From Macrostomum hystrix (taxonomy: Eukaryota > Animalia > Platyhelminthes): 64,000 nt of DNA. The stretch covers positions 2,852,001 to 2,916,000 of the forward strand of contig CATNEN010000037.1 in assembly GCA_950097015.1 (NCBI GenBank), given 5' to 3'. The notes under the pieces were generated by a model. That model was not told the origin of the DNA. It ran no database searches and saw only the letters and a list, made by a program, of their open reading frames with translations. Positions within the stretch are counted from its first letter, which is position 1, and each line of letters begins with the position of its first letter. A program made the translations under genes and the position numbers. Positions 50,142 to 61,194 of this stretch are shown piece by piece.

Positions 50142-50859
50142 TGTTGTGATTTAATAGTTTCTATGTACTGTATTTAATAGTTTCTATGTACTGTATTTTT
50201 CGGTGCACTTTCACAGTCGCGTTGCACTTTGAGTCGCCCCCCTGCCCCTTTCTTGCTCTGCGCCTGCCTGCCTATCAATTTCTCCCACCCCTGGCGTCTG
50301 ATTGGTTGAGCTAAGACGTTGGGTACCCCCGGTTATTGTCATCTTCCGTTCATGCCCTCTCATTGGTTCGCGGCTCGCCCAGTTGTCTTATTGACCCTGC
50401 GTGATTGGTGAGGCTGCGACTGGTTCTCTCTCTTACTGTCTCTTACTTTCTCTCTCTACCCTGCAGCTTAGCCGTGATCGGGTATTACCCTGCTCACCCT
50501 GGGTGAGCAGGTCTTATTTATTGGCGTGCGCGCGCTCGTCCCCCTCGGACGTGACTGTTTTGTTTTGTTGAGCACCCCAACCACCGCCTACCAGACAAAA
50601 TACATCAACTCAGCCAGCTCTCCCGAGCGCAAACCCGCACTGCAAGCCTACGTAAGTGTCGTCTGCCTCTGTCTTTTCGGGTTCAGTCACTAGGACTTTG
50701 TCGCCAGGGCCTGTGCATTCGTTGCGACCTTGGTTGCCGGCTTACTGCCTGTGCGTCTAGTGCGACAGTAGGCCGACACATAGTAGGACGGAAGTGCTGA
50801 ACCTCCCTGCTCGTCCTGAGCGAGAGGCGAAGCCGGCTGGCCCGTCTCGGGACACAACA
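50142..50859 (+). mobile_element. 5' LTR of a Ty3/Gypsy-like retrotransposon (718 bp)
   Basis: Bounded by the inverted termini TGTTGTG...CACAACA and followed by a PBS and gag; no second LTR in the window. Confidence 0.85.
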
Positions 50860-50860
50860 T

Positions 50861-50878
50861 TGGTGTCGTGACCAGGAT
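50861..50878 (+). promoter_or_regulatory. Primer-binding site, probably for tRNA-His
   Basis: TGGTGTCGTGACCAGGAT one base after the LTR end. It resembles the complement of the tRNA-His 3' end (TGGTGCCGTGAC..., recalled from memory, not searched). Confidence 0.75.
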
Positions 50879-51023
50879 AGTTCGTGCCTGTTAGGATCCT
50901 CGACCCCATGTGTTAATTAGCTTAGGGATTCTGTTCAGGAGGGGTGTTTTCTAGGACTTTTGTCAGTGCTTTGTTGTTGCCGTGAGATTTTTTATCTTGT
51001 GATTCGAGGATTTTGTTGTCGTC

Positions 51024-52202
51024 ATGGGAGACGAAGGAGTGAATCGCCTCGTGGAGCTGATGACTGCTTCGGTGCGTCGGACCTTGCAGCAGGAGATAAA
51101 TGCAGCGCAGAATGTCCAGAGGCCAGCGAAGCCGCCGAAGTATTCTAGTGGAGACAACTTTCGCCTGTGGTTGCAGAAGTTCAACGCTTATTGTGATGCT
51201 GCGCAGATTGCGGAGGCCGCTCGAAGGCCGCACCTGCTTAGCTTCTTGGATTTGAATACAGCATTTGCAGCGGTGGAGAATCTACAGCTGGGTGAGGATC
51301 TGGAATATCAGGAGTTTACGGACGCTCTGTTGGAAAGGTTTCAGCAGCACCGCACGACTGAAGATTACCGGATGGAGCTGGAGTCACGAGTGCAGAAGGA
51401 GGGCGAGACCTACGAGGCATACGCCGATGCACTGCTGGAGCTGGCGAGGAATGCCTACCCTGAAGACGAGCTGCCCGCTGAGATTGTCAACAGTTTTGCA
51501 AGGGACAGATTCAAGAAGGGCATTAAGGCTACTGAGAGCGTCAAGGAGTACGTGATCCTTCAACAGCCTGCTACTCTCGCTGAGGCTGTGCGTTGCGTTC
51601 GACGAAAGGAGGCAGCTACTCTAGCCGCCAAGACGTCAGGCTCGGACCAGATCTCCAGGAAGACGACATCAGGTGTGGCTGCCGTGGACACCAGAGCCGC
51701 CAGTTCAGAAGGTTTTGGAGCGCTTCAGCAGCGGATCCGTGAGCTGGAAGACCAACTGAAGCGGCTGAGCCAGACGCCGCCTCCTCGACAGTCTGCTGCA
51801 CCGTCGCCTGCTGGGTCTGCGCGTCCGCGCGGCCCGGGGCCCGGGTTGCTAGGAGACAGGGGGGCCTGCGCGTACGCCGCGACCCCTAGTCGTCTAGCAG
51901 AGCAACAGCAGAGGCAGCATGGTGCTTGCTTTCAGTGCGGAGACGTCGGCCACCTAGCGCGTGAGTGTCCTAGTCGCGTCGGAAGGATGCAGCAACCGCC
52001 ACCGAGCACAGCAGCGATGACTGTTGGTCCAAGGCGTTGCTACGCGTGCAACCAGCCAGGTCATCTGGCCAAGAATTGTCGGTTGGGAAACTTCAGCAGG
52101 GCGAAAACTGATTTATTCGTTCAAAAATACTACAATAAGACACTTAAACAACTCAACACTAAAAAATTCTCATTAAATCACACAGCCCCTCTTTTACTGT
52201 AA
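51024..52202 (+). CDS. gag: Ty3/Gypsy Gag with two CCHC zinc knuckles; truncated at the gag/pol boundary, last about 29 aa from foreign sequence
   Basis: Capsid-like PPKYSSGDNFRLWLQKF...QKEGETYEAYADAL..., knuckles CFQCGDVGHLAREC and CYACNQPGHLAKNC; 392 codons uninterrupted. Composition switches abruptly to AT-rich near 52115. Confidence 0.9.
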   Translation: MGDEGVNRLVELMTASVRRTLQQEINAAQNVQRPAKPPKYSSGDNFRLWLQKFNAYCDAAQIAEAARRPHLLSFLDLNTAFAAVENLQLGEDLEYQEFTDALLERFQQHRTTEDYRMELESRVQKEGETYEAYADALLELARNAYPEDELPAEIVNSFARDRFKKGIKATESVKEYVILQQPATLAEAVRCVRRKEAATLAAKTSGSDQISRKTTSGVAAVDTRAASSEGFGALQQRIRELEDQLKRLSQTPPPRQSAAPSPAGSARPRGPGPGLLGDRGACAYAATPSRLAEQQQRQHGACFQCGDVGHLARECPSRVGRMQQPPPSTAAMTVGPRRCYACNQPGHLAKNCRLGNFSRAKTDLFVQKYYNKTLKQLNTKKFSLNHTAPLLL

Positions 52203-54193
52203 AAAACTACACAGGCTGATTTATAAGCCCGCGAAGATCAATTGCCTTGAATTCATTGCGAGCTGATGTCAAGCTGCACTGGCTCCCAAAAATACACTTC
52301 GGAGATACGAAACACACTTTAACATTGAATAACCCGAAGACGCTTTCATGAATCAGTCTGAAATTTTACACATCCAATCAACTCGATTGCATCAGAGGTT
52401 TTGTAAATTTGCATTGCGATTGAGGCAGTAGAAGTGTCTGCCTGCGAATGTCAAGCTGGCTCCCAAAAATACACTACGGAGATACGAAACACACTTTAAC
52501 ATTGAATAACCCGCAGACGCCTTCATGAATCAGCCTGAAATTTTACACATCCAATCAACTCGATTGCATCAGAGGTTTTGTAAATTTTCATTGCGATTGA
52601 TGCAGTAGAAGTCTCTGCCTGCGAATTTCAAGCTGGCTCCCAAAAATACACTACGGAGATACGAACACACTTTAACATTGAATAACCCGCAGACGCTTTC
52701 ATGAATCAGCCTGAAATTTTACACATCCAATCAACTCGATTGCATCAGAGGTTTTGTAAATTTTCATTGCGATTGATGCAGTAGAAGTGTCTGCCTGCGA
52801 ATGTCAAGCTGGCTCCCAAAAATACACTACGGAGATACGAACACACTTTAACATTAAATAACCCGCAGACGCTTTCATGAATCAGGCTGAAATTTTACAC
52901 ATCCAAGCAACTCGATTGCATCAGAGGTTTTGTAAATTTTCATTGCGATTGATGCAGTAGAAGTTACTTTTTGAAAGTACAAGAATATACACTGCGGAGA
53001 TAGGAACAAACTTCAAAGCTGTGTAATTCTTTTATGCATTGACAAAAATAAATTATATTTATTTTGGAACGTTATCTTAGTTGCATCAGAAGATCTTGTA
53101 AGTTTCGCTGTAATTGAATGGTTATTTTTTAAGTTACAATACTCTTGTTTGAATGTGAATGTGAATGTGAATGTCAATCGGGAAATTAATACGTAGAGAT
53201 TTATTCTTTTTTTTAACCGAGCACCAAATATAACAAAGCTGTTAGTACACACACAAGAGCATTACATATCCACGGGTTTCTTAATGCCAATGCATTTCGT
53301 TCACTATGGATATCGACAATATTGTTAAACGTCGAATTCTTTTTAATAAAATTCTCGTGTTGGTAATGACGATTACCCACTTAAGTCGTGCCGACATGGA
53401 TTCGAATTTATTGCAGCTGCCTGAACTGAAATAATTAGTCACTTTAATACAACTCAAACTGCTTCATGCTCAGTTCATTTTACTACTAATACTACTTATT
53501 ACCTAGACGCCTGAGAATGTTTTCTTGAGAAGAATGACAAGATCGTGATTTATTTGTCTTGCATATCCAGAAAGCTAGCTACTGGACATATTTGTTTATT
53601 CGAAAATTTAATAAGATAGAAATTCTAAAATACTTTCGAGTTTTTCAAGGGTGCAATGTCTTTGTGTACTTAATTTTTTATAATTTTTTCTTCCTTTTCT
53701 CACATCTCCACCCTTTGCAATATAATCATACATAAATACGATTTTAAGTATCATTTTAAGTATTCAACTTAAACAGCAGATATTCGATTTAGACAGTGGA
53801 TATTCAATTTAAACACTTCCTCATTGAGAGCGATTTGTCTATGGTAAAAATTCTAGTTCTGAGGCAAAGCACATATTCAATTTAGACACCCATCATTCAA
53901 TTTAGACACACTCAGCTTCAGACCCTTGCTTTCCTGTCGCCTCTGCTTCTGACTTTGGGAGAGAGAATTGGAGAGACTATAATGTACATTCTGTAAGATA
54001 CATGTACTCAGTTTATTGTCTATGGTAAGATTATGAAAACCGAGATTGAGACTGTAAAGGAAAATGATTTCTGACCTTGTGGCATTGAATTTAGCACAGA
54101 TAAAACGGTGGTCGTTGAACAAGAGGGAAGGATACTTCTGAGAATTGCTTCTTTCGTGAAGAATATCTGTCTATACTGATCTAACGCACGAAC

Positions 54194-55330
54194 ATGGAGG
54201 AAGAGGTGAACGGACCGGAGTCAGAGTCGGAGTCGGAGTCAGAAGCGACCGGAAGCGACGTCGATGGCCGCGGCCCGTACGTGCGAATCACGAATCAGGA
54301 TCGAGCGCGCCTGCTGGATGCTCATAACAACGGCGAGGACTTCCTGCATTTGGCGGCACTGATGAACATCAAAAGGACGACGGCATACTGAATCATTCGA
54401 ACAGGCCGGCGTGAGAAGATTCGGAGAGGCGGTAGGACATATACGAAGTTTGATGGTGAAATGGGACAGTTCTGCTGTGAGTTGCTGGAAGATAACTGCC
54501 TTCTGACACTGGAGGACATCAATGCTCGTGTGCAAGCACCGTTTCCCAACAAGCCAAATGTTGGTTTGTCAACATTAGGTCGGTATCTTGAAGGTCTCTT
54601 GTATTCCGTGAAGCTAGTTCGTGATGCTCCGGCCGAGAGACACTCACCGGCTGTTCTGGCGGAGAGAGAGGCTTATTGCCACTGGTGGTGCTCTCCCGAA
54701 GTCGTCAATGCGCCGAAGGTGTACATTGATGAGTTTGGTTTTGACAGTTGGATGCGGCGGCAGCAGGGACGGGCTGTTCAAGGTCAAAGAGCGTATCGAC
54801 GAGTCGCAAGCCAGAAGGGCCCACGCATCACCATCTGTCTGGCTATGTCTCCTCAACTTGGTGTTGTGCACTATCAGGTCTATACCAGCGGCATGACCAA
54901 GGATCGTTTTGCAGTTTTTGCAAATCACGACTGGAAACGTGCAGGCAGCTTGGCCAGGGCAAGTGGTCTATCTGGTCTTTGACAACGTGAGCAGCCATAA
55001 CGACGCTGAGCTGAATGAGGCTGTTGGCATTGCTGAATTTCGGCGGCTCCCTCGCTACAGTCCTTTCCTAACGCCTGCAGTTGAAAGTGCCATCTCGGCT
55101 GGGAAGGCGGCAATTAAACGAGAACTTGGCGAAGATCGCGACGTCTTCATCAACCCAACCGCGGAGGCCCGCGCTGGCCGAACACTGCAGTGCAGTATCG
55201 GCGAGACGAACTCGCGCGCATGGCAGACATCACCGTGGGCGTTGTGACGCAGGGAAAATGCCAAGAATGGTACACGCACTGCTTCTCCTTCGTGCCAAGA
55301 TGCTTGGCACGTGTGCCAATCCACGGCGAC
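54194..55330 (+). pseudogene. IS630/Tc1-like DDE transposase, degenerate
   Basis: HTH region (RITNQDRARLL...IKRTTAY), KVYIDEFGF, KGPRITICLAMS, VFDNVSSH and LPRYSPFLTPAVE. Premature TGA at 54389-54391 and a frameshift near 54920-54960. Confidence 0.88.
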
Positions 55331-55712
55331 TGAACTGAGTCGAATTCCCGAGCTGGCGAAGCAGACAAAACTTACGAACTGCCCCCAGACTGTTCCAGTT
55401 TTTGCATGCTGTTGCTATCTTTTCTGTTACGCTGTGTTCATGTGCAGTTTTTGAAAGTTAGGACAGCGGATTTGAGGATGTGAGGCCGGCCCATAATATA
55501 TTATCGCCCTTAAATCCTGGGTAATACTGTGATTGTACCATAGACTATGTGGCTGAGTAACAAGACAAACCATATCAACCATAGACAAAATGATTTAATG
55601 ACAAACTATACAGTTCAATTATAAAAGAAAGAATAATGAAGCAAAGATAAGCTAAAAACTAGAGAAAGAAGCTAGACTTCTTTATTCTTCACCGTCATAT
55701 GCTAGATCGACC

Positions 55713-57085
55713 ATGCTGAACTACAAAGCAATTTTCGAGAAAGAAATTTCTGGTCTCTCATCGGACCAACTTCAATTCGTGACCATGCTTAGTGATGGAC
55801 GGCGCGAGGAAGAAGCTGTATATCAGTCCACGGGACTGCCAGTACTTGAAGCGGAAATGATTGAGAGTTTTCTGGCTGAAGTGTCCACATGTAAGGCTTT
55901 GACTGACGAAGACCTGAATGAAATTGCCAAGATGGAGGACTTAGGCAAAGTCTGGTCTACTGAGAAGGCAACAGCTACGTACGCCGCTCGTTTCCGAAAA
56001 TTTCTTGACGATCGAGCACTGCCATCGCAACTTGAGACAATACTGACTCGATATTTGTCACTATCTGCGCCTGGTTAAAAAGAATGATCGAACGGCGTAC
56101 AGTTGCAGTTCGCAGGTATGCATGCACGCAGGAATCTACCGGTATTTGAAGAATTTACGAGGTTTGGATATCATCGGCAATGTTGAATTTAGCGCTTTTG
56201 AGAAGACTTTCAAAGCTGCTCTTACGTACTCACTGAAGAAACCTGTTTCGGTGATGGATGGTGACGGTGGGTATCGAGCATTGGAGCCTGAAGATTTGGC
56301 GTTGTTGCATGCATACTTTGACTGGAGCTCGCCACAGAAACTGCAACAGGAATTCTTCTTTGTCCTGAGCTCGCACTTTGCCTTTCGTGGACGTGAATGG
56401 ATTCGAGCGATCATCTTTCTCATTTCTCATCTTTTTGAGAAAAAAGATGTCATTCTGCGGGAATCCACCGGAGGTATGACGTGCGTTGACTTGCAGAAAG
56501 AAAAGTGTGTGTCCGCCGATGCCCCTCGGTCCAATCGGGAGATTGGGATTTTTCCTGTGCAAGACAAATCTGTGTGCCCAGTTGAAGGGATCAAACTGTA
56601 TCTTTCGAAGCTTCCATCTAAGAACGGCTCTGTTTCCCAGGCCTGCCGTCAAGTGGCAGAATGGAGCATGGTATTGCCCAAAGGATGTATTGGGCAAGAA
56701 CACATTGGCCAGTATGATGAAGACGATCTCAAAAGCGGCCAGGCTCTCGCGGGACTACACCAACCATTCGATCCGCGCAACAACCATAATAAACCTGTCC
56801 TCTGCTGGATTCAGTGCCGAAGCGATTCAAACCGTCTCTGGGCACAAAAAGGTGGATAGTGTTGTCCGTTATACAAAGCGGACAACGGTGGCCCAGAAGC
56901 GCGCATTGTCTTCGGCTATCACAGATAGTCTACATGCCTCTACGTCGAGCGTGGTCAGTCATCAAGCACAAGCACTCTGCGAAAAGTCATCCAGCGTTCC
57001 AACTGCCTTCACAACTATTGGCCAGCCTGATAAATCCGGCCCGACGATCGTCTTGGAGAAATGGCTAAATGTTACGTTTATGTGA
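55713..57085 (+). pseudogene. Crypton-type (DUF3504/KCTD1/ZMYM-related) tyrosine recombinase, frameshifted
   Basis: Across three frames: SSPQKLQQEFFFVLSSHFAFRGRE, CPVEGIKLYLSKLP, LGKNTLASMMKTIS, YTNHSIRAT and SGHKKVDSVVRY, giving the catalytic R, HxxR, H and Y. Confidence 0.88.
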
Positions 57086-58138
57086 GTGCAAAAAGGTCGC
57101 TTTGCGAAATTAGACTTTGGCTCTGGACTCTAACTGCTTTGTTTGATGTTTTGTTTATTTTGTTGAAATCACAAAAATAATCCATTATCGGCCCAACTTT
57201 TCGGGCCAAAATGACATCGTCTATGGCAATAATCGAATATCAGCCCGCCCGATAGCCACGTACATGTAGTCATGGTACAATGTACATTAGTCTCTCCAAT
57301 TCTCTCTCCCAAAGTCAGAAGCAGAGGCGACAGGAAAGCAAGGGTCTGAAACTGAGTGTCTAAATTGAATGATGGGTGTCTAAATTGAATATATGCTTTG
57401 CCTCAGAACTAGAATTTTTACCATAGACAAATCGCTCTCAATGAGGAAGTGTTTAAATTGAATATCCACTGTCTAAATCGAATATCTGCTGTTTAAATTG
57501 AAGTCAGCTTTGTCTAATTTGAACGTCCAACTGAAGGTATAAAAATAGTGTCGAAAATGAATGTCGATCAAGTTGTCTAAATTGCAGCGCCGATTTGTTG
57601 AAATTGAACGGGAAAAGGTGTACTTATCCTATATACTTATAAATAAAGGTTTGCAGCTTCTGCAGCGGCTATTTATCTATGTGTGAAAGTACAGCATTCT
57701 GAGCTTCTTGTGATGCTGGTGCTTGTCTATGGCTAGGACCAAAAAATCGAGCTTCTGGCGATCCAGTTATATTATATATTCATCCATGGTGTACGAGTAT
57801 ATGAGAAAAGCAATCGAACATTCAGCTATACAACTTAACTTACTTTTACAATTACAATAAGGTCAAGTATGTATTTTTAAACAAGACGTAGTAAAGCAAA
57901 TATAAAATGAGATAACGAATCTAAAAGGCGAATCGCCTTTTATTAACACATTTTAAACTAATGTTCATTAACTTCGAAAAACTTAGACTTTGAGCTCGGC
58001 TAAATGTGAAATTGATAATCTTGAAAAAACCAGAGGCTCTGACAGCTCAATTATTAAACTGGCTCTCTTTGTTTAGAGAAGATAATGAACTGTTTTGTGA
58101 GACAACTAAGAATTTGGTGGGAATCGAATTGCTTGCAG

Positions 58139-58897
58139 CTACTTTTGTTCCCGCAGAATCAGCACTGGCAGTGTGTACAGTGTGGCCAATGGTAGAGCTA
58201 GATAGAACACGCGCCAGCGCAGACAGACGCCGCCCCAGGCGGCAATGCAGGCAACGCTGGCCGGAGTTAGCAGTGTTGCCAATGAAAACTGCATCACCGG
58301 CGTTGCGGACAAGTCGCCTAGCACTGGACCGGAGCACCAGGCGATGCGAAGCGGCGTCGACTGCTTTGAGAGGCCGCGCTGCTTGTCGGCTACGGTTAAG
58401 CGTTGTCGAAATTTTGCCAACTGCTCGGCTAGTCGCTCCGCCTGGCCGCAGTCAGTGCTGCTCGTCAGCCCCGAGCAGCGCCGGCAGCGGCGACAATTAC
58501 AGTCGGCTCTAACAGCGTAGCATCGATAGGTGTTGCTATTGCGCGCAGGCTCAAATGCGTATAGAGCATTGTCGGCCGGACAGACGTGAACCTCGTTAAT
58601 CTGGTCTGTGGCCACTAGCTGTTGCAGGCGCGAATAGGACACCAGGCTCACCCTGACTTCGGCGGAGTCGCCGCCCAGTAGGCGCGATCGGAATGCGCGT
58701 CGAATTGCCGCCTCGTCGGCGTCGATGCTCGGCCGCAAGCTGAAGCTGCAACATCGGCCGAATTGCTGGACTGCGGCAGCGCCAGCAAGGATGACGCCGG
58801 AGCCCAAAGCCCAGCGGACCAGGCCGGCGGACCAGGTTCTAGTGGCGCCGCTGCTGGAGCTGCTGATGCTGCGCCTTACAGCCACTGAGGGCAGCAT
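58139..58897 (-). CDS. Intronless orphan membrane protein (252 aa), possibly with a mitochondrial presequence and an FtsH/m-AAA N-terminal-like domain
   Basis: GC-rich island in AT-rich DNA; Arg/Ser-rich N-terminus, hydrophobic helix, VSYSRLQQLVATDQINEVHV segment, Cys cluster and C-terminal hydrophobic helices. Homology is by eye only. Confidence 0.55.
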   Translation of the reverse strand: MLPSVAVRRSISSSSSGATRTWSAGLVRWALGSGVILAGAAAVQQFGRCCSFSLRPSIDADEAAIRRAFRSRLLGGDSAEVRVSLVSYSRLQQLVATDQINEVHVCPADNALYAFEPARNSNTYRCYAVRADCNCRRCRRCSGLTSSTDCGQAERLAEQLAKFRQRLTVADKQRGLSKQSTPLRIAWCSGPVLGDLSATPVMQFSLATLLTPASVACIAAWGGVCLRWRVFYLALPLATLYTLPVLILREQK

Positions 58898-61194
58898 CAC
58901 CGCTGTTGCTAGACGATTCAGCTGCTGTTGATGGCAAACAAATTATTTTGCTCATTTTAAGAATGCAATTGTAATGCAACGTGAAAACAATGCTACCTAT
59001 CTGCTTGTAATTAGCCAATCTAAAACTTAAAATTGCTCCGTATTCACTAGTGGATAAATAATACTACTCGATCATTAACCCTACATAGATCTGCTCACCT
59101 ATGGATTTGTAGCCCAGTGAGTTCAGTGAGTGCTTCAGAATTGTTGACGAAGAGAGGTCGGGAGTTTGAATCTCAGATGTTAAGCTAGGCACTTATAGAT
59201 ACCTGTTCATTGAGCTGATTTAGCTTTATAACGGGTGCCAGCATTCGTTTGGGTGGAAATCAGATGGAATATTTTCGTTTTTTTAACGGATGCTTTCTGC
59301 AGAGTAGAAAATCACAAAGAGCCGAGACAGAAATATTTAACTCCACAATAGTATTGACTTTTGTACTTGCTTTTTAATATATTTTTTAACCACGCCAAGC
59401 CGCTTTTAGTATTTTTTGCGAATTAAATCGAAATCAAAGCAAGCAAATTGGGGACAAACAAACAAAACAAAAAATAGCAGAAAAAGTTACGGAGAAGTGT
59501 TACTACTATAGGTGGATTGAATGAACTAATTAAGAGAGAAAATCAAAATAAGAACAAGAAGTGCCTGTTCTAGCTTGGTTGGTCAAGCGGATACCGTAAA
59601 AAACTTGTCGCATGCGTGAGTTATTTTGGATGAGCAGTTAATGACAAAAAACTAAATACTCGGTGACATTCTTAGAATTTCTACTGTTAAAAGACATTTG
59701 ATGAGATATTATATGGCAACCCAAAAAACTAGGACCTACGGCGGGGTTGCAGAAACCTGTATAATATAGTATCTAATTAATTGGTGGTTGAATCATATAA
59801 AGAGCTTGCATGTTCATCACTTACTGTGCGGCATAGGGAAAACAGTTAAAAGTAATGGGCCAAGTACTTGACAAAGGAACAGACAGAGACGCAAGGTTTC
59901 AAAGAAAATAAAAAGAAAGTATTTTTAGAAAATAGGCAATTAATAATCCGCTTTGCATTTCTCAGATGGGGACTGTTTTAACTGAGCGCCTGGTTGATAG
60001 CAATCCCTTATCAAACAAAATGGGAATGAGTGAACAGAAAGCAATAATGACATTTTGGTGAGCTTTCGTGCATTACTGTATCGCGCGCCACAGTAGTAAT
60101 AGTATTATGTATAGAATGATTAGTAGCGACTGTAGCATATTAATGAAATGAGTTATAATACAAGATAAATAACTAACCAGACGTTTACAGAATAAGAAAT
60201 GAAACTAATTGAGAAGTTATTGTTGATTTGTCTAAAAAAGTTGTGTAGGGAGACAGAGATAATTGATAGATCTGTCCTGGTCAAATTAGCCGGGTGGTTT
60301 TTCTATGCTTCAATCCGCTTGCTAGCGCAGGGCATTGTCACAAGAGCAAAATAAAACTGAAAATAACAGGTACAAATTATTACAAAATAATATGATCATA
60401 GCTAGTTGCGGACTTCCTTGCGAAATTTATGATCTCTATGAGCGAGTAGAAAATGAATGCGACAAGACAATATAGCGCAGGTTGGGTCTTGCATTTAAGT
60501 GAGGAATGGCGCCGAATAGATGTTGAAGTGAAACAAAAATGTGAAGCGGTAACTAAAGGGTTGGGGTCGTCGCTTGGAAATCATCGTCTTCTGGTTAAAG
60601 GGCGTAAATTGAATCTGCGAGCAGTGAGTGAGGAGAAGCAGGAAAAACACAGAAAACAATTAAAAGTTGAATGAAGAAGCAAAACGGGGCTCGCAGGGAA
60701 AGCTTTTCATGCGGACTCGCAACAGTGTCGGTCCGAGGGGCGCATAAACGCAAAGCAGCAGGGAAACGCAAAGAAAAAAAACCAAAATGCGCCCTTTTGC
60801 GCTTGCGCGCTCGTTTTAAACGTCCATTCTGCTCATGAAAGAATCAATTATCTTATAGTATAATGCTTTGAGCACATTTTAAGAGGCCTCAAAATGGGCA
60901 AGCATTGTGTAGAGACAGGGAGACAAGGAGCAAGTTGAAGAACAAGTTCACGGCTTACCTTACAGTAGGACTAATTGTTACAATGGCGTTAATGACGTTA
61001 CTGGGGGTACAGAGAATTCGCGTTTCTAGGACTCAATAAGCTGGAATACTAGTGAATTATGGATAAGGGACTGGGATAGCAGCCTCAACACTTTTCATGG
61101 CTAGTCAAAGTTGGATCTGAAAGCATTTTTTAATTAGTGAATTAGACCCGTAAGGTAGGGTGGAGGAAGAGTCTTCAGGTAGGTAGACGAAGAG

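Larger units (their letters stand above)
48738..53194. mobile_element. Foldback-type DNA element with long modular TIRs (about 230 bp unique outer part plus 176-177-bp tandem units) and an 8- or 10-bp TSD
   Basis: ACGTATTAATTTCCCG...CGGGAAATTAATACGT flanked by AGAGATTTAT at 48728-48737 and 53195-53204. Left arm 48738-50141, right arm about 52270-53194. No transposase inside. Confidence 0.9.
53763..57502. mobile_element. Composite element with about 230-bp inverted repeats enclosing a DDE transposase and a tyrosine recombinase
   Basis: 53763-53990 is the near-exact reverse complement of 57279-57502 and contains repeated TTCAATTTAGACA motifs. Similar motifs continue on the right to about 57615, so the left end may be truncated. 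No TSD identified. Confidence 0.8.

Noticed and set aside
48729-53203. A 9-bp TSD for the foldback element
   Set aside because: The spacing of the direct repeats and the symmetry of the inverted ends allow only an even TSD length (8 or 10 bp).
48710-53252. Near-identical ORFs at 48710-48919 (+) and 53013-53252 (-) as duplicated genes
   Set aside because: They are chance ORFs within the two arms of the foldback TIR.
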